A DNA stretch of 62,243 bases, filler included, from Stramenopiles sp. TOSAG23-6 (GCA_900128565.1; 19 parts of 19 records of this genome joined end to end with filler, not necessarily neighbours in it); one strand, 5' to 3'; positions 25,790-38,596 are shown, numbered from the whole stretch's first letter. A program made the numbers and translations. The notes: generated by a model not told the origin, from the sequence alone.

Positions 25790-26249
25790 ATGCGGCTTAT
25801 TTTTTTAATAGTAGTGATGCATTGTATCTACTTACTTAGTGGAGCAGCAGATTCTGCTAAAGTCACTGTAAAGTCTAAAAAACAGATTTCACATCAGTCG
25901 AAGGCTTTTTATCCTAAAACCAAAACAATGGTAGATGAACAACTCCAATACATTTATAAACAGATTATGCATCCTGGTAATGGAAAGATGACGTTAGAAC
26001 AAGCAAAGCAAAAGTATCAACGAATCAGTGATAAAATAAAGAACTTCTGGGAAGACGCAGAAATTGATATGTATGGTTCGGCGGCTTATGGACTTTATGT
26101 ACCTGGCATTTCAGATATTGATCTTGTTATTACACGGTTTAATCACATGGGTCAACGAATGGATGTATACGATCTTTCTATGCTTGAAAATTTGCGAGAT
26201 TATCTTTCTCGTGAAATATGTCAAAAAGACTACATTAAAATTACTATAA
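25790..26249 (+). CDS. Pol-beta-superfamily nucleotidyltransferase (Trf4/TUTase-like) with N-terminal hydrophobic leader, 3' truncated
   Basis: MYGSAAYGLYVPGISDIDLVI matches the hGS..DxD catalytic signature. Confidence 0.75.
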
Positions 26250-26405
26250 NNNNNNNNNNNNNNNNNNNNNNNNNNNNNNNNNNNNNNNNNNNNTTAATTA
26301 ATTAANNNNNNNNNNNNNNNNNNNNNNNNNNNNNNNNNNNNNNNNNNNNGGTACAAAATTTCGTACGAAAAAAAAAATTGGAATTTGAAAAAAAATAAAA
26401 CATAC

Positions 26406-27122
26406 ATTTTCTCACGTTCTTTTCGTTTTTCTAATGTTCTTGTTTTTCCTCGCATTACCCTTGATGCGGTTAATGTACCGTTGTTATCTCGACCTAAACT
26501 TCGGTGTGAAGCATTCATGTATTATGAAAAATATTTTCTTTTGTGAAATTTGTTAGGTACGGAATTGTTTTTACGAAAAAAAAAATACAAATATGAAATT
26601 CAAATTGAAAATGTACATGTCTTTGTGCTCGTCAAGTTTTTCACGAACTTTTGAATCAATCGTTTGATAATCAGTGAGCTCATTCAGCTCAGTATTCATT
26701 GCCTGACGTATTGCTAGAGTTGCGGTTGGTCTAGCAAATGGAGGTGGTGCTGGTTTCTTTGAACGAACGGGTTTCTTTTTCAATTCACGCTGTGTTAAAT
26801 AAGTATAGACTTTACTAAGAAAAGGAACAACATACCCTTCTTTGCTGTACACAAGACCATTGACTTCTTCCTCGGAAAGGTCAAATTCTCTTTTACTGAA
26901 ATATCTTTGAAGCATCTCCCAATTATCTTTGCGTGCCTTCATCGAAATACCATTGTCATATGAGTGCATTTGCACATTACGAGCGTCATATCTCGAAAAT
27001 ATTTCAGCGACAAGAAAACCATTTGAAAAGTCTCGTTTGACATTCTTGACGGAATATGCAAGGTCAAGACTTTGAATCCAGCGGAGAATTTCCCTTGGTA
27101 AACGGTCGTCATTTCTAGACAT
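26406..27122 (-). CDS. SPATA4/SPEF1-like calponin-homology (CH_2) flagellar protein, 3' truncated
   Basis: LPREILRWIQSLDLAYSVKNVKRDFSNGFLVAEIFSRY..KDNW. A GT..AT intron at 26616-26517 joins in frame. Confidence 0.85.
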
Positions 27123-27385
27123 TATGATTTGCAGAAATGCGAGTAGTTATTTCGGGATTGAAATCTGTCTCTCTTTTCTGTCTAAATAGAACTATTATAC
27201 GTAGTACTTTTGTGTCGTACTATAAGTAAATAAGTAACGTCATTTTTTGTGTAACTGCCGGCCGGTCATCATGACTGGCATTAGATTACAGACATGTCCA
27301 AAAAAAACTCTCAGAAAATGATAATAACTAAAAGAGATATCATAGAATGTATACGTTGCGATGAAGAAAATTATTAAGAATTAGG

Positions 27386-27868
27386 ATGAACGAAAGAAGC
27401 ACACAAGTTCGAGAGCTTCAAAATCTCACCATAAACTTTCATACCAGTCTCAAACTGTTAGCTAGTAATAACGGTGAGAGACTAAATTTGAATGAAGAAG
27501 CTCTATTTCGTGCAATTACGAAAGTTTTGAAAGCTAACTTTTCTTGGCAAGAAAAGAAAAAGATGTTTTTGCAAACTACATTGAAGTTTTTACCATTAGA
27601 AGGAAACTGTAAATTGCGCCGTCAAATCTTTCAAGAATATCACTTATTTTGGTCTTCTTTGACTAAACATCAATCATTTTATGAAGCACAGACTAGACGA
27701 AAATCAGTATTAGAGAAGTTATTTCAAAAATATCCTTTTTCATATTCAAAAGAAGCAGAATTTAACAACGAACCTTTTGATGTTCGAAAGACTTTAAACG
27801 CTTCAAATGAAAAAATTGTTGAGGGAAATGTTTATATGCGTGCTACAAAAATTCCACCAAATATATGA
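27386..27868 (+). CDS. Hypothetical 160-aa protein
   Basis: ORF only, divergent from the CH-domain gene. Confidence 0.4.
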   Translation: MNERSTQVRELQNLTINFHTSLKLLASNNGERLNLNEEALFRAITKVLKANFSWQEKKKMFLQTTLKFLPLEGNCKLRRQIFQEYHLFWSSLTKHQSFYEAQTRRKSVLEKLFQKYPFSYSKEAEFNNEPFDVRKTLNASNEKIVEGNVYMRATKIPPNI

Positions 27869-28247
27869 TACCACTTTTACAATATGTATTGTGAATTTTT
27901 TTTTTTTGTTAAAAATAATCGTTAGGTACAAAATTTCGTACGAAAAAAAAACCAAAAGCAAAAAAAGACACCACGGCTTAAGAGATACTACAAGATAATT
28001 AACAATTAGTTCAAATTTGAGTGACTCACTTCAATTTCTTGAAAAAAAGTTTTGAAAGATTGTAACATTAAATTTACCTAATGATATATATTTGGTGTTT
28101 TGTGTCATAATATATCATCAATGATACTTGACAATTAGATTACACTTTTATGACTTTATTTTTTCTATTTATTATTAAATTTAAGCAAGTCACATACTAT
28201 CAAAAATGGATTGGATGGAAAGATAAAACATTGATTTTCATAGTTTT

Positions 28248-29335
28248 TCATATAAAATACTTTGAGCTTGCTAAATTTGCAGCTAAAATTGCGGTCCTTA
28301 CTTCACTATCTCTCAAATCTAACCCACTAAAACTCAATTTTCTAGGGTTATGCGTAGAATCAGAAAAAGGATGTATTTTGGAAAAATATTTGAAAAAAAA
28401 AAACTAAAATTTGTTAGGTACAAATTTTCGTACGAAAAATAAATTAAAAATTGAAAAAACATACATATTCTTTACTATTTACATCATTATTTGCAGGATG
28501 GAATCCAACATTTCGTGTGACACTGATATAATTCCATCTGTAATCTTTTATTCGTTTTAATGCAAGATTGGAGTACATCTGTGCTAAACCCTCCGGGGCA
28601 CCTGCACTCATGGATTATGAAAAAATATTTCGAAAAAAAATCTTTAGGTACAACATTTCGTACGAAAAAAAAAATTAAAATTTTGAAATTCATGATGAAA
28701 AAATAAACGTACATTGCTGCAGCTTTCCCAGCATTATATAATCGTCTGGAGTCAGTAATTCCACTGGAGTGTATTTCCTGCATAATAGATGTATTATGAA
28801 AAAGTATTTTACAATCAAATTTTTCGTTAGGTACAAAATTTTTAAGTAAAAAATATAAATTCGAAATTCAAAATTTTCAACTAAAAAAAAATAAATTCGA
28901 AATTCAATTTTGAACACATACATAAAGTCAAAATATCCCAATTAGGATTCGACTTATCACAACTTTTTTCATCAGCGGTTGATTCTACATTTTGATTATT
29001 CATAAAGGCAAATACCGGGGTTTTAGTTAATTTTTTCGTACGATATTTCAAGATGACTTTCTTCATGTGTTGTGAAAAAATATATATTTTTTTTTTTTTT
29101 TTGGTTTAAAAAAAATATATATTTTTTTTTTTTTTTGGTTTAAAAAAAATCGTTAGGTACAAAATTTCGTACGAAAACAAAATATTAATATTTACAATTT
29201 AATTTTGAAAATGTACATTCCTGCTCGAAATATTTTCCAGCCATCAGATCTCATTGAATACTTTCTTAAAAGTTGCCGATGTTTTGGACAAGCAGTGTAT
29301 CTACGGAAAAGGTCTTGAAATCCAAATATATAGTA
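28248..29335 (-). CDS. Hypothetical multi-exon protein, 3' part
   Basis: Five short coding blocks separated by family introns. The junction AAA-M-SAGAPEGLAQ is in frame. Confidence 0.5.
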
Positions 29336-29709
29336 AACAAATATGTTTTTAAGACTTTGTATAAAATTCGTTAGTCCTAAAATTTTCATAGTAAAAAATT
29401 AATGTTGAAATTGAAAATTAAAAAAAAATAAAAAAAAATGTTCGTCTTTGGTCGTTACGTACAAAATGTGGTACAAAAAAAGTAATAAATTTCAAATTGA
29501 AATGAATGATGAAAACGTGAAAAAAAAAAACGTTTGGANNNNNNNNNNNNNNNNNNNNNNNNNNNNNNNNNNNNNNNNNNNNTTAATTAATTAANNNNNN
29601 NNNNNNNNNNNNNNNNNNNNNNNNNNNNNNNNNNNNNNTAGGTACAAAATTTCGTACGAAAAAAAAATTCGATTTTTTTTTTACCGAAAAAAAAAAAAAT
29701 AAAACATAC

Positions 29710-30835
29710 ATTTCAAAGTCTTTTGATTGAATATAATGAGATTGAAATATAGGATAATAATTCAGCATACTTTTTACTGCGGCATTGAAAGATAAGCAAC
29801 ATGCTTCATGGCAATTCGATATCTCTTGTGAAAAATCACGAAATAATAATGAAAGTATACCAACTCCAGTTTTAGCTAGTAAACAAAGTTCATGATTACC
29901 CTGGCCTATTGGTAGTTCAACAATTTTCTCCAAAATTTTCAAAACAGTAGGGATAAAATTCTTCACAATTTCGATATATATTGAACCATTCGTGGTTGAA
30001 CGCATGTCTTGTGAAAAATATTTCAAAAACAAATCTAAAAAAAATTGTTAGGTACAAAATTTCGTATAAAAAACGTTAGGTACAAAATTTCGTATGAAAA
30101 ACGTATATATCCTGTAGATGTTCAAGACATCTTTTGACTAAAGTGAGAGCTCGGACATGTGTTAGATGACTAAAGACTTTTGTGCCCTCCTCCAGAACCC
30201 ACAGAGACTGAGATACGTATTGTGAAAAATATTTTCAATTCGAAATTCGTTAGGTATGGATTTTCGTACGATAAAAAGTACATTCGAAATTCAATTTTGA
30301 AAACGCACATGAATCGCGGGAAAAGTTCAGCTACAAGAGTATCAGGCACGTCTGAAACCAAAATGCACATACATGAAAGAGCACCTTCTGCTTGACTAGA
30401 ATTTAAATTGTCAGCTTTTTGAATAAGCCCAAATAGACCATCCATGAGCTCGGGCCATTCTTCAGGCCAGTCATTCGAGGCAATCAAGGCAATGCAAACT
30501 GCTGATGCAGTTCTGATTTTGCCACTGGTGTCACTCAAGCCACATGGAATACGCACACGAATGTACGCCTTCTCATCTGCGAGGATAACACGTTCACAAG
30601 CTGTAATTGGTTTCCATCTAGCTTCACAAAGCTGCCTCAGAATGACGCCAGATAATTGCCTCAGTGCAAGGCGAATGCCATTTGTAACTAAGATATCGAC
30701 GAGAGTTCTGGCAAAACCATCAATATTTTTAAAAGATTCTATTGCTTGCTCTGCAGACTGTCGCGTTGTAAGGTCAGGGGATAGAGTTCCTTCTAACACC
30801 CGAAGGGCTTGCATTTGTTGTCCCTCTGTCACCAT
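29710..30835 (-). CDS. IPO9: Importin-9-like karyopherin, 5' part
   Basis: IBN_N-like RQSAEQAI..LRQLSGVILRQLCEARW and IRTASAVCIALIASNDWPEEWPEL. Introns 30308-30215 (GT..GT) and 30106-30004 (AT..AT) keep the frame open. Confidence 0.8.
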
Positions 30836-31100
30836 AATGACAAATGATAACAACCCAAACAAAACTCCTTAGAAATTATGAGAAATTATTATAGACAGAC
30901 GTCGTGTTGTTCAACATCATCAAACCCGTGTTGCGACACATCACCGATCAGAGGTCAGAAATTCAGAATTTCAATTTAAATTTAGAGTCAGCGGCTGCAC
31001 CGGCCTATACATGGTATCCAAATTTTTACGGGACTACATTACTAGTTGACCAGTACGACGTAGTAAAATTTTTGTAGTTGCTTTCCATTCGCGAGTAAAA

Positions 31101-32240
31101 ATGCCAAACATAATATTTGCACCACTTTGCATCATTCTATGCCTTCTCATGAGTGATGTTTCCGCCATGAACCAAGACTTTCATAAATTGATAAAAGCAG
31201 CAACAGATGGGAAAGTCAACCGAGTAAAAGAAATGTTGGATAGAGAAATTTCGCCTAACGTTGCTAACAGTTTTGGTATCACACCCCTCATGGAAGCTGC
31301 TCACAATGGACATGTGTCAGTTGTTAATTTGCTCTTAAAGAGAGGTGCACGAGTTGACGATTTAAGCAATGGCGGAGAAACAGCCGTTTTCGCTGCCGCA
31401 TCTGAAGGCCACACTGATGTTGTGAAGGAGTTGATCCAAGCAGAAGCTGACCTAAATAATACTCCAGTGCCTGTATTAGTAGAGGCGGCAACCCAACAAC
31501 ACACAGGTGTGGTTAGAGCTCTTTTAGATGCAGGTGTATCGGTTGACGCTACTACCAACTTTGGTAGCACCGCAGTAATGGAAGTTGCTCATCGTGGGTA
31601 TAAGGAAATGCTTGAACTTTTATTGAATGAACCAACGGCAAATATTGATTTCAAAAACAAAAACGGGGCCACAGCACTCATGGGAGCGGCTTTAAAAGGA
31701 CACATTAATGTTGTTAAATCATTGATTGACAGAAAAGCTTCCATCAACTTGACAAATATTGAAGAACTATCAGCACTTTCTGTTGCAGTAAAAAGTAGAC
31801 ACACAAAAGTAATTGAATACTTGATAGAAAAAGGTGCCTCGGTGGATTCATTGAGTGCTCCGCTTATGGAGTTGTTACTTGATGGAGAACCACAGATACA
31901 ATATGTTGATGATATCTTACAAAGATACATTCAAAACTCCGGAATTGAACAATTGAAATGGCATGCACCTTTGTTATTACCGGTATGGTGGCCTTGGCAC
32001 AAGTATCTGGTGGAGCAACCAAGATTGAACACACTACGCACACACCAACGATTGACGCTTGCCAAAATGATGGTGGAAGATCGAGACGTAGGTGAAAGAT
32101 TGCAACAATCTCTGGTTACGATGTCAAAAAGACGCGAACAGAGGAAAAATCCGCAAATTTTGTCCTTCTTAAATGGCAATGATGATATAATCCCATTGAG
32201 CAAGCACATGACTTTGTCTGAACCAGAAACAGAACCCTAA
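31101..32240 (+). CDS. Ankyrin-repeat protein with signal peptide, intronless
   Basis: About 7 ANK repeats (GITPLMEAAHNGH, GETAVFAAASEGH, GATALMGAALKGH). Leader MPNIIFAPLCIILCLLMSDVSA. Confidence 0.9.
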   Translation: MPNIIFAPLCIILCLLMSDVSAMNQDFHKLIKAATDGKVNRVKEMLDREISPNVANSFGITPLMEAAHNGHVSVVNLLLKRGARVDDLSNGGETAVFAAASEGHTDVVKELIQAEADLNNTPVPVLVEAATQQHTGVVRALLDAGVSVDATTNFGSTAVMEVAHRGYKEMLELLLNEPTANIDFKNKNGATALMGAALKGHINVVKSLIDRKASINLTNIEELSALSVAVKSRHTKVIEYLIEKGASVDSLSAPLMELLLDGEPQIQYVDDILQRYIQNSGIEQLKWHAPLLLPVWWPWHKYLVEQPRLNTLRTHQRLTLAKMMVEDRDVGERLQQSLVTMSKRREQRKNPQILSFLNGNDDIIPLSKHMTLSEPETEP

Positions 32241-32466
32241 ATATTTGAAATTGTTTATTATGAACATATTCTCTGAAATCGTTCAAGTAATAAATCTTAT
32301 TTTATCTCATACTTGCTATTCCATTATCAAATAAACAGTCAAGTTTCAATCGGTTATGTCAAGCCTAACTTACTACGGAATTTCAATGTACTAAAAAACA
32401 AATGAAATCGAAATAGTAAAATAAAAGAAAAAGGTGTAAGCAAAATCGGCTTAATTTATCATTTAT

Positions 32467-32765
32467 TCATATGGGTGACTCATCTGCAATGTTCCAGTCT
32501 GGCGTTCTTGGTTCTTTTGCCAGTCTTTTACATCTATCGAGCAGCATCTTTGCAGCCAAGTCAGTTCCTGTGTACTGAAATTTTACAAAATCTTCAACAT
32601 AATTCATTGCCAATACTTCTTCAAATAAAGCTGCTGCTTCACTGAATTGCCCATCAGCATATAGAGTCATTCCCCGATTATGTGTATCTACCAGAATTTT
32701 ATCTTGCTTTGATGCATCTTTATTTCGGCATATAACATTATATACTGCAGTTGGCGCCTTCTTAT
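32467..32765 (-). CDS. Last exon of a probable class III adenylate/guanylate cyclase (helical C-terminal extension)
   Basis: KKAPTAVYNV..GMTLYADGQFSEAAALF..LLDRCKRLAKEPRTPDWN resembles the tail that follows many class III cyclase domains. The catalytic core is not in the contig. Confidence 0.45.
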
Positions 32766-32990
32766 CTGGTAATTAATGGCAATGGCAAGCAGTGGATGGA
32801 AAATGCGATGTCTAATTGTATTGNNNNNNNNNNNNNNNNNNNNNNNNNNNNNNNNNNNNNNNNNNNNTTAATTAATTAANNNNNNNNNNNNNNNNNNNNN
32901 NNNNNNNNNNNNNNNNNNNNNNNTACGAAATTTTGTACCTAACAAAACAAATTACAAAAAAATTTTAAAAAATATTTTTTCACAATGCAT

Positions 32991-33625
32991 ACACTGATTT
33001 GTTCAGTTCTTGTACAAGTCTACTTAATATTTTTTACTTATTTGCATTTCTATCATCCAGAAAAATTTGCAAATCGTACAACATGGATCCTTCTTTTTTT
33101 TGTAGATTTTTTCTTTTTTGGTTACAGTATATATTGTGCTTTTGCTTTATCCAGCAGAGAATTTGGTATGTTAATGTTCAACTTTTTTTCAATTTCAAAT
33201 TTATTTTTCGTACGAAATTTTGTACCTAACAAAAAAATGAAAAAATATTTTTTCACAATATAGGTACTTGGATCATAGAATCAGATAATGGACAAAGTGT
33301 AGATTCTCAGAAAGAAAAGTATACTGCAGCAAGTGTTCTTATTTGGGGTGCTACTATTACAGCGCTTCATATATTATTACATACCATTGCTATGCTTGGT
33401 TGGTGTATGCCCAATGGAATCAATAATTTAAATTTGTCAAATGGAGAAGAAAAAAATACGAAAAAAAATGAAAAAACTGAGAACAAACACGGGAAAAAGA
33501 AACATGCAAATAAGTCTGATGCGCAAGAAGTTGGACAAAGTGATACATCAAACAAAACAAGTTCAAAAACTTCAGGAGGTAGGTCTGGGAAATCTAAAGA
33601 TTCTTATTTTAGTCAACAAGCATGA
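32991..33625 (+). CDS. Multi-pass membrane protein, 3' part
   Basis: Three hydrophobic segments. Family-type intron 33166-33263 has canonical GT..AG ends and joins REFG-TWIIES. Confidence 0.6.
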
Positions 33626-33915
33626 TTCATTCCATTGGTTGTTTATTTTTTAATCAATAAAAAAAAGTCTAAAAAATAAAAATTTATATACATTAAATGT
33701 AAAACATACTCCACATTTTTTAATTACAACCCATTGAAAAAAAGTCTAAAAAAGCAAAATACTCTATATTTTTTAATTACAACCCATTGAAATGGTAAAA
33801 CTTGTTAAGAATATTGCAGATGTTTATTTGACTTCTGAAAAATACAAAGACACGATAAAACATCCACAAATGAGCCAACTTTAGTTTTTTATCAATGATT
33901 TCACCATCCACATTT

Positions 33916-35601
33916 TTATTTACCGCCAGTTGTAGACGATTTGGATTCCTCAGGAGTCGATAATTTAGTTTCTACAACAGGTGGTGGAGTTATGACTGCT
34001 GTACCAACATCATCTACGACAGCAATTTCATCGTGCGTGATGGTACCTACAATAGGTGTAAGAGTCGTAATAGGAGTAATGGCTGCCGCTGATGAATTTG
34101 ATGCTGACGCTGTTGTTGATGCCATTTCAATTGCAGGCTGGCTTGTAGAAACAGTTGAACAAGTAAGACATCCAAAAAGACTGCTTAGAAAGGAACGCTT
34201 TTTTGGAGCAGGAGGTTTTGGGTTCATACCATCTGGTATCACATCTTCAATTTGATTAAGTTCCAAGGATTCTGGCAATGCAGGCGGTGGTGGCGTTGAT
34301 GGTGCACTTTGCTTCCTTTCAGGGCTCGGTTGCGACGGTATCGGAAGCGGAACTTCATCATCATTTGTTGAGGATTGTGGTGGCGTTGATGGTGCACTTT
34401 GCTTCCTTTCAGGGCTCGGTCGCGACGGTATCGGAGGCAGAACTTCATCATCATTTGTTGAGGAATGTGGTGGCGTTGGTGGTGCACTTTGCTTCCTTTC
34501 TAGGCTAGGTCGCGGCGGTATCGGAGGCAGAATTTCATCATCATTTGTTGAGGATTGTATTGTTGTTCGTGTTGCAGATGGTATTACTTCATGCCTTTGT
34601 AATGGTTGTGCACGTTCTGGTTGTGTTGCTGGATGTATTTGCTGCGAAATTTGTTGAGCTTGAAGGCTTGATCGTTGCGCTCTTTGTCCTGCAGTTGCTG
34701 CTTTCATTGGCTTCATACGTCGTGATGATGTTGCTGGAGGCACTGGCGGAAGTTGTTGAGCTTGGTAGCTTGGCTGTAGTGTTACTGCGGGTGGGTTTGC
34801 TTGCATTGGCTGTGTTCGTGCTGATGCTGACACTGATTGAAATTGCTGCGTAGATTGCTCACTTGAAGTCCTTGAAGTTTTGATTGTGCGACTGTTGTCT
34901 GACGGTGTTGCTCGAAATCGTTTTATACGTCTTGGTTCTGTTGCTTTGGTCATTTTCTTTTTCAAAAAACTGAACGACGGTAAAAAACGTCGAACTCCGG
35001 ATGCCTCCGTTTCTTTTTCCATTTGTTGTCGAGCTGCTTCTTTTTCCATTTGTTGTCGAGCTGCTTCTTCTTGTAATCGTATTCTTTTGTTCATGTCCTC
35101 GATTGCGTTAGCAGCTTGATTTGATTGTAGATGTGCGTGTTCAGCTGCATCCATTGCGATTTGCGCAGCAGTGGCAATCGTTTTTACAGGGTCTTCCATT
35201 CCCATAAGTTCGCGAAACTTCTTCTCTCGTCGCTCTTCCTGTAACATTCCGTTGTATTCTTCTTCTTTTTCCTGCTTCTTTTTAAGGAGCTCTTCTCGTC
35301 GCTTCTGTTTAAAGAACTCTTTAGCTGCCCACCGTGCAAGATTCACCACACTCTCTTCTGATACATATAATGATTTTATACCGTTTTCTTTAGTAATAAC
35401 GATAACATCTTTACGAATCCCAACTTTCCGAACGGTCTCAACTTTCCCACAAGCCTTACCAATACACAATATACCGGACTCTCCGTCTTGGCGTGATTTT
35501 GCAGCCTTACGGTGCATTTCCTGAGTCGAATTAACTGATTCACCAGCATTACTACTTGCTCCTGCAATTGCGATAGCACTTAGTATGAGTAAGAGGCGCA
35601 T
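33916..35601 (-). CDS. Secreted low-complexity Pro/Gln/Thr-rich protein, intronless
   Basis: Signal peptide MRLLLILSAIAIAGA, a coiled coil and Pro-rich repeats. Confidence 0.8.
   Translation of the reverse strand: MRLLLILSAIAIAGASSNAGESVNSTQEMHRKAAKSRQDGESGILCIGKACGKVETVRKVGIRKDVIVITKENGIKSLYVSEESVVNLARWAAKEFFKQKRREELLKKKQEKEEEYNGMLQEERREKKFRELMGMEDPVKTIATAAQIAMDAAEHAHLQSNQAANAIEDMNKRIRLQEEAARQQMEKEAARQQMEKETEASGVRRFLPSFSFLKKKMTKATEPRRIKRFRATPSDNSRTIKTSRTSSEQSTQQFQSVSASARTQPMQANPPAVTLQPSYQAQQLPPVPPATSSRRMKPMKAATAGQRAQRSSLQAQQISQQIHPATQPERAQPLQRHEVIPSATRTTIQSSTNDDEILPPIPPRPSLERKQSAPPTPPHSSTNDDEVLPPIPSRPSPERKQSAPSTPPQSSTNDDEVPLPIPSQPSPERKQSAPSTPPPPALPESLELNQIEDVIPDGMNPKPPAPKKRSFLSSLFGCLTCSTVSTSQPAIEMASTTASASNSSAAAITPITTLTPIVGTITHDEIAVVDDVGTAVITPPPVVETKLSTPEESKSSTTGGK
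34286..34556. repeat. 90-bp coding tandem repeat x3 (SSTNDDExLPPIPxRPSxERKQSAPxTPPx)
   Basis: TCATCATCATTTGTTGAGGA recurs at a 90-bp period (about 34355, 34445, 34535). Confidence 0.9.
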
Positions 35602-36272
35602 AGTACTTGATTGAGTTACTGAATTATACGAAAGTCTTTAGATGCGCACTGAAACTTGATGTGGCCACTTCTGTCAAGATTTCGATCGGGGCCGGCTCGT
35701 ATAGAACGGCAGGTCAGCTGACCAATTATTTAGGTATGAAATTCTCTATGAAACAAAAGGCAAGTTCCTGACAACGGTTTTGCGCGCACTGGCTCTATTG
35801 CTGGAGGAACTACGTACAGTACTACTATACATAGTACGGCATACTACTAAGGAAATTCGGAAATAATTTAATTTTTGTTGTACAGATACTTCCACTCCAG
35901 TCACACCACTTTAGATAAAAGAAGTCTAAAAAAGAAAAAATGTTCATTTTTTTTATTTGTTTCACGAAGAGATTGAATGAGAAAATAATCTCGCAAAAAA
36001 AGAAAGAATATTGTAGTAGACCAACTGAATAAAGTGTTATTCGCTGACAACATACTAATATAATGACCTCATTATTGTCCAAAATGTGGCCAAAATTCAT
36101 TATTCTTGNNNNNNNNNNNNNNNNNNNNNNNNNNNNNNNNNNNNNNNNNNNNTTAATTAATTAANNNNNNNNNNNNNNNNNNNNNNNNNNNNNNNNNNNN
36201 NNNNNNNNAATTTGTTAGGTACAAAATTTCGTACGNAAAAAAAAATCNANTTTNAAAAAAAAAAAATCATAC

Positions 36273-38163
36273 ATTGTCGAGCTGAAATTGCCCCAGAGGA
36301 AAGGAAATATTGTATAGGCTTCCATGCAGTAAGATATTCATCATTTTTATCTTTTTGAATATCTTTTTGGATATCTTTTTTGTTTTCAATTTGGTACAGA
36401 GATAAAAAATATATACAACGCTCTACAATTGCAACAACAGAAAGTTGAGAAAATCCAGATTTTGAGTAATGTTTGCGTTTTTTAGTGCCTTCTTGCCCAA
36501 CAGTCTCAGATTTACGTTTTTTTTTTGGAGATTTCTCAGAAATTGTAAGAAGTTGTGTACATTTGAAAAAACCATTGACAAATGTATTGTGAAGAATATT
36601 TTTTTTTTTTTTTGTAAAATAAAAAATCGTTAGGTACAAAATTTCGTATGAAAATAAAATAAAATCGAAATTGGTAAAAAATTGAAATGAAGACATACAT
36701 GATTCAACAGTTTTCGTCTTTTTGTTATCCACTAAATTAGATACAACTGTAACAACATTTGAATGTTCATGTAAAATGAAAGCCTCCTGATCATCAGAAG
36801 AATCCCGAGAAGGACGAAGACGTTCAGAACGTTCAGAATTGTTTATTTTTGCAAAATGAGAGGCCTCTTTCGCACGAATTCCCAAAACATCTGCCAAATT
36901 CAACGATTTACAAGAAGTGATATTCTGAAACGCAATGTAGTATTGATTGCTTTTTTTACGTTGATAACTCAACGCAACACATGAGCCATCATGTGAAGCA
37001 ATAGGAAAGAATATATTCACATTACCATTTTGTTTTTCATTAAATGCATTTTCGCTGTTTTGTTCAACAACTGCACCATATTTCACATCCCATATTGCAA
37101 ATGTACACGTTTTCGAAAAATTGACAAGGAAAGCTAAATTTGGCTTGACACTAATAATATTCATATTATTTGCTATTTCTGCATCAACTTCGTCAATTTG
37201 GCGCACAAAGGCAATGCGAGTAGGTGAAGAATACCATTTCAAAGTCGTTGACGTTTGAAATTGATGTACTTGCCAGATAACAGATAAAATATTTTTTTCA
37301 TTTTTGCAGATCCACATCAGAGAAACTCGATGAAGCATTTTATGAACCGCAGATGATACACATTTAATTGCATTAATAGGTGCCTGAATATTGTGCTTTG
37401 CACAAAGACAAATTTTTGCTTGATTTTGTTTTCCCATCGATTTGTTTTTATCAACAGTCTGTTCTGTTGTTTTGCGACTCATTTTTCGTATTTTATTTTT
37501 TATTTGTGGTAAAGTAAGCTCAAACGTAAGAAGTACCGCATCATGACATGGTTTATTAGTATCATGAGTATTCTTTTTGTTCTTTTTTTTGGGAATATTG
37601 GTAGAAGCTTGGTTAACTGAGGCCACTAGAAAAAGACCGATTGAGGAATTTTTCAAAGTATTTTCAGCTTCAGACGAAAGTGTATCCATGAATACATCTG
37701 TAGTCATAATACTTTTAATATTTTTTACACCAGATTCACATGATGTAATCTCTTCCATTGTGAAAGCGCTTAAAAGAGACACCGAACCCGTTTTAAATAC
37801 GATAATAATATAATCACCGAGTAAAGAGTTCGTCACAATTTGGTGAATGTTGTATTGAAAACGTTTTTCTTTTAACTGACTCAAACTTTTATCAGACTCA
37901 CCCCAAGAACATATGACTTTACTATCACCCTTCACTGCAAAAAAACGCTTGGAATTACTATGATGAACAGCACTGCCAATAAGAGAGTGGCCACGGAAGG
38001 ACCAACTACAGAGGCATCCATTCCTGTTGTTTGCTTCATGAACTGCAACTTGAGACTCTGAAGTCACAATCAAATTAGACCGGCCTTTAGCATTCAAAGT
38101 CCATGCGAAGCCTGAGAGTCCTGAAAGCGCATGTGTAAGCTGCTGTGGTAAAGTGAGATACAT
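36273..38163 (-). CDS. Probable beta-propeller protein, possibly NOL11/Utp8-like, 3' truncated
   Basis: Long ORF with WD-like strands (CSWSF, ICSWGE, AIWDVKYG) and Lys-rich patches. Contains a stop-free 117-nt intron at 36698-36582. The family call is tentative. Confidence 0.4.
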
Positions 38164-38596
38164 TTATACTATACTATATTATACTCGGTTGAATTCTACG
38201 GGAGGAGTTGTTCATTCACTCAACTTTGCAAGGTAGTGTGGTGGGATTGTGCTGACTTCATGGATAAATATTTTTATTCTAAAAAAATACCAGATTTCGT
38301 GTTTTTTACTTGTATGGAAAAATACCAGCTGCGTTACACTTTTATTCAGTTACGTACTACTAGTTATATACTCTGTAGTATATAGACTTGTGTGCATATT
38401 GGTACCTAGTATATAGGGTGTACTGTGCAGTATAAATTCACCTACTGGAACACTGTAAAAGGTCTATTACGACCCACTAGATTATACAGAATATGAAATT
38501 GTATATTGTACTCGTAGCTTATTAGCAAGTTTAGTATTTTCAATAGAAGAAAATATTCCTTGAATAAGCGACATCTAAAAAGAAAGAAGAAATACT

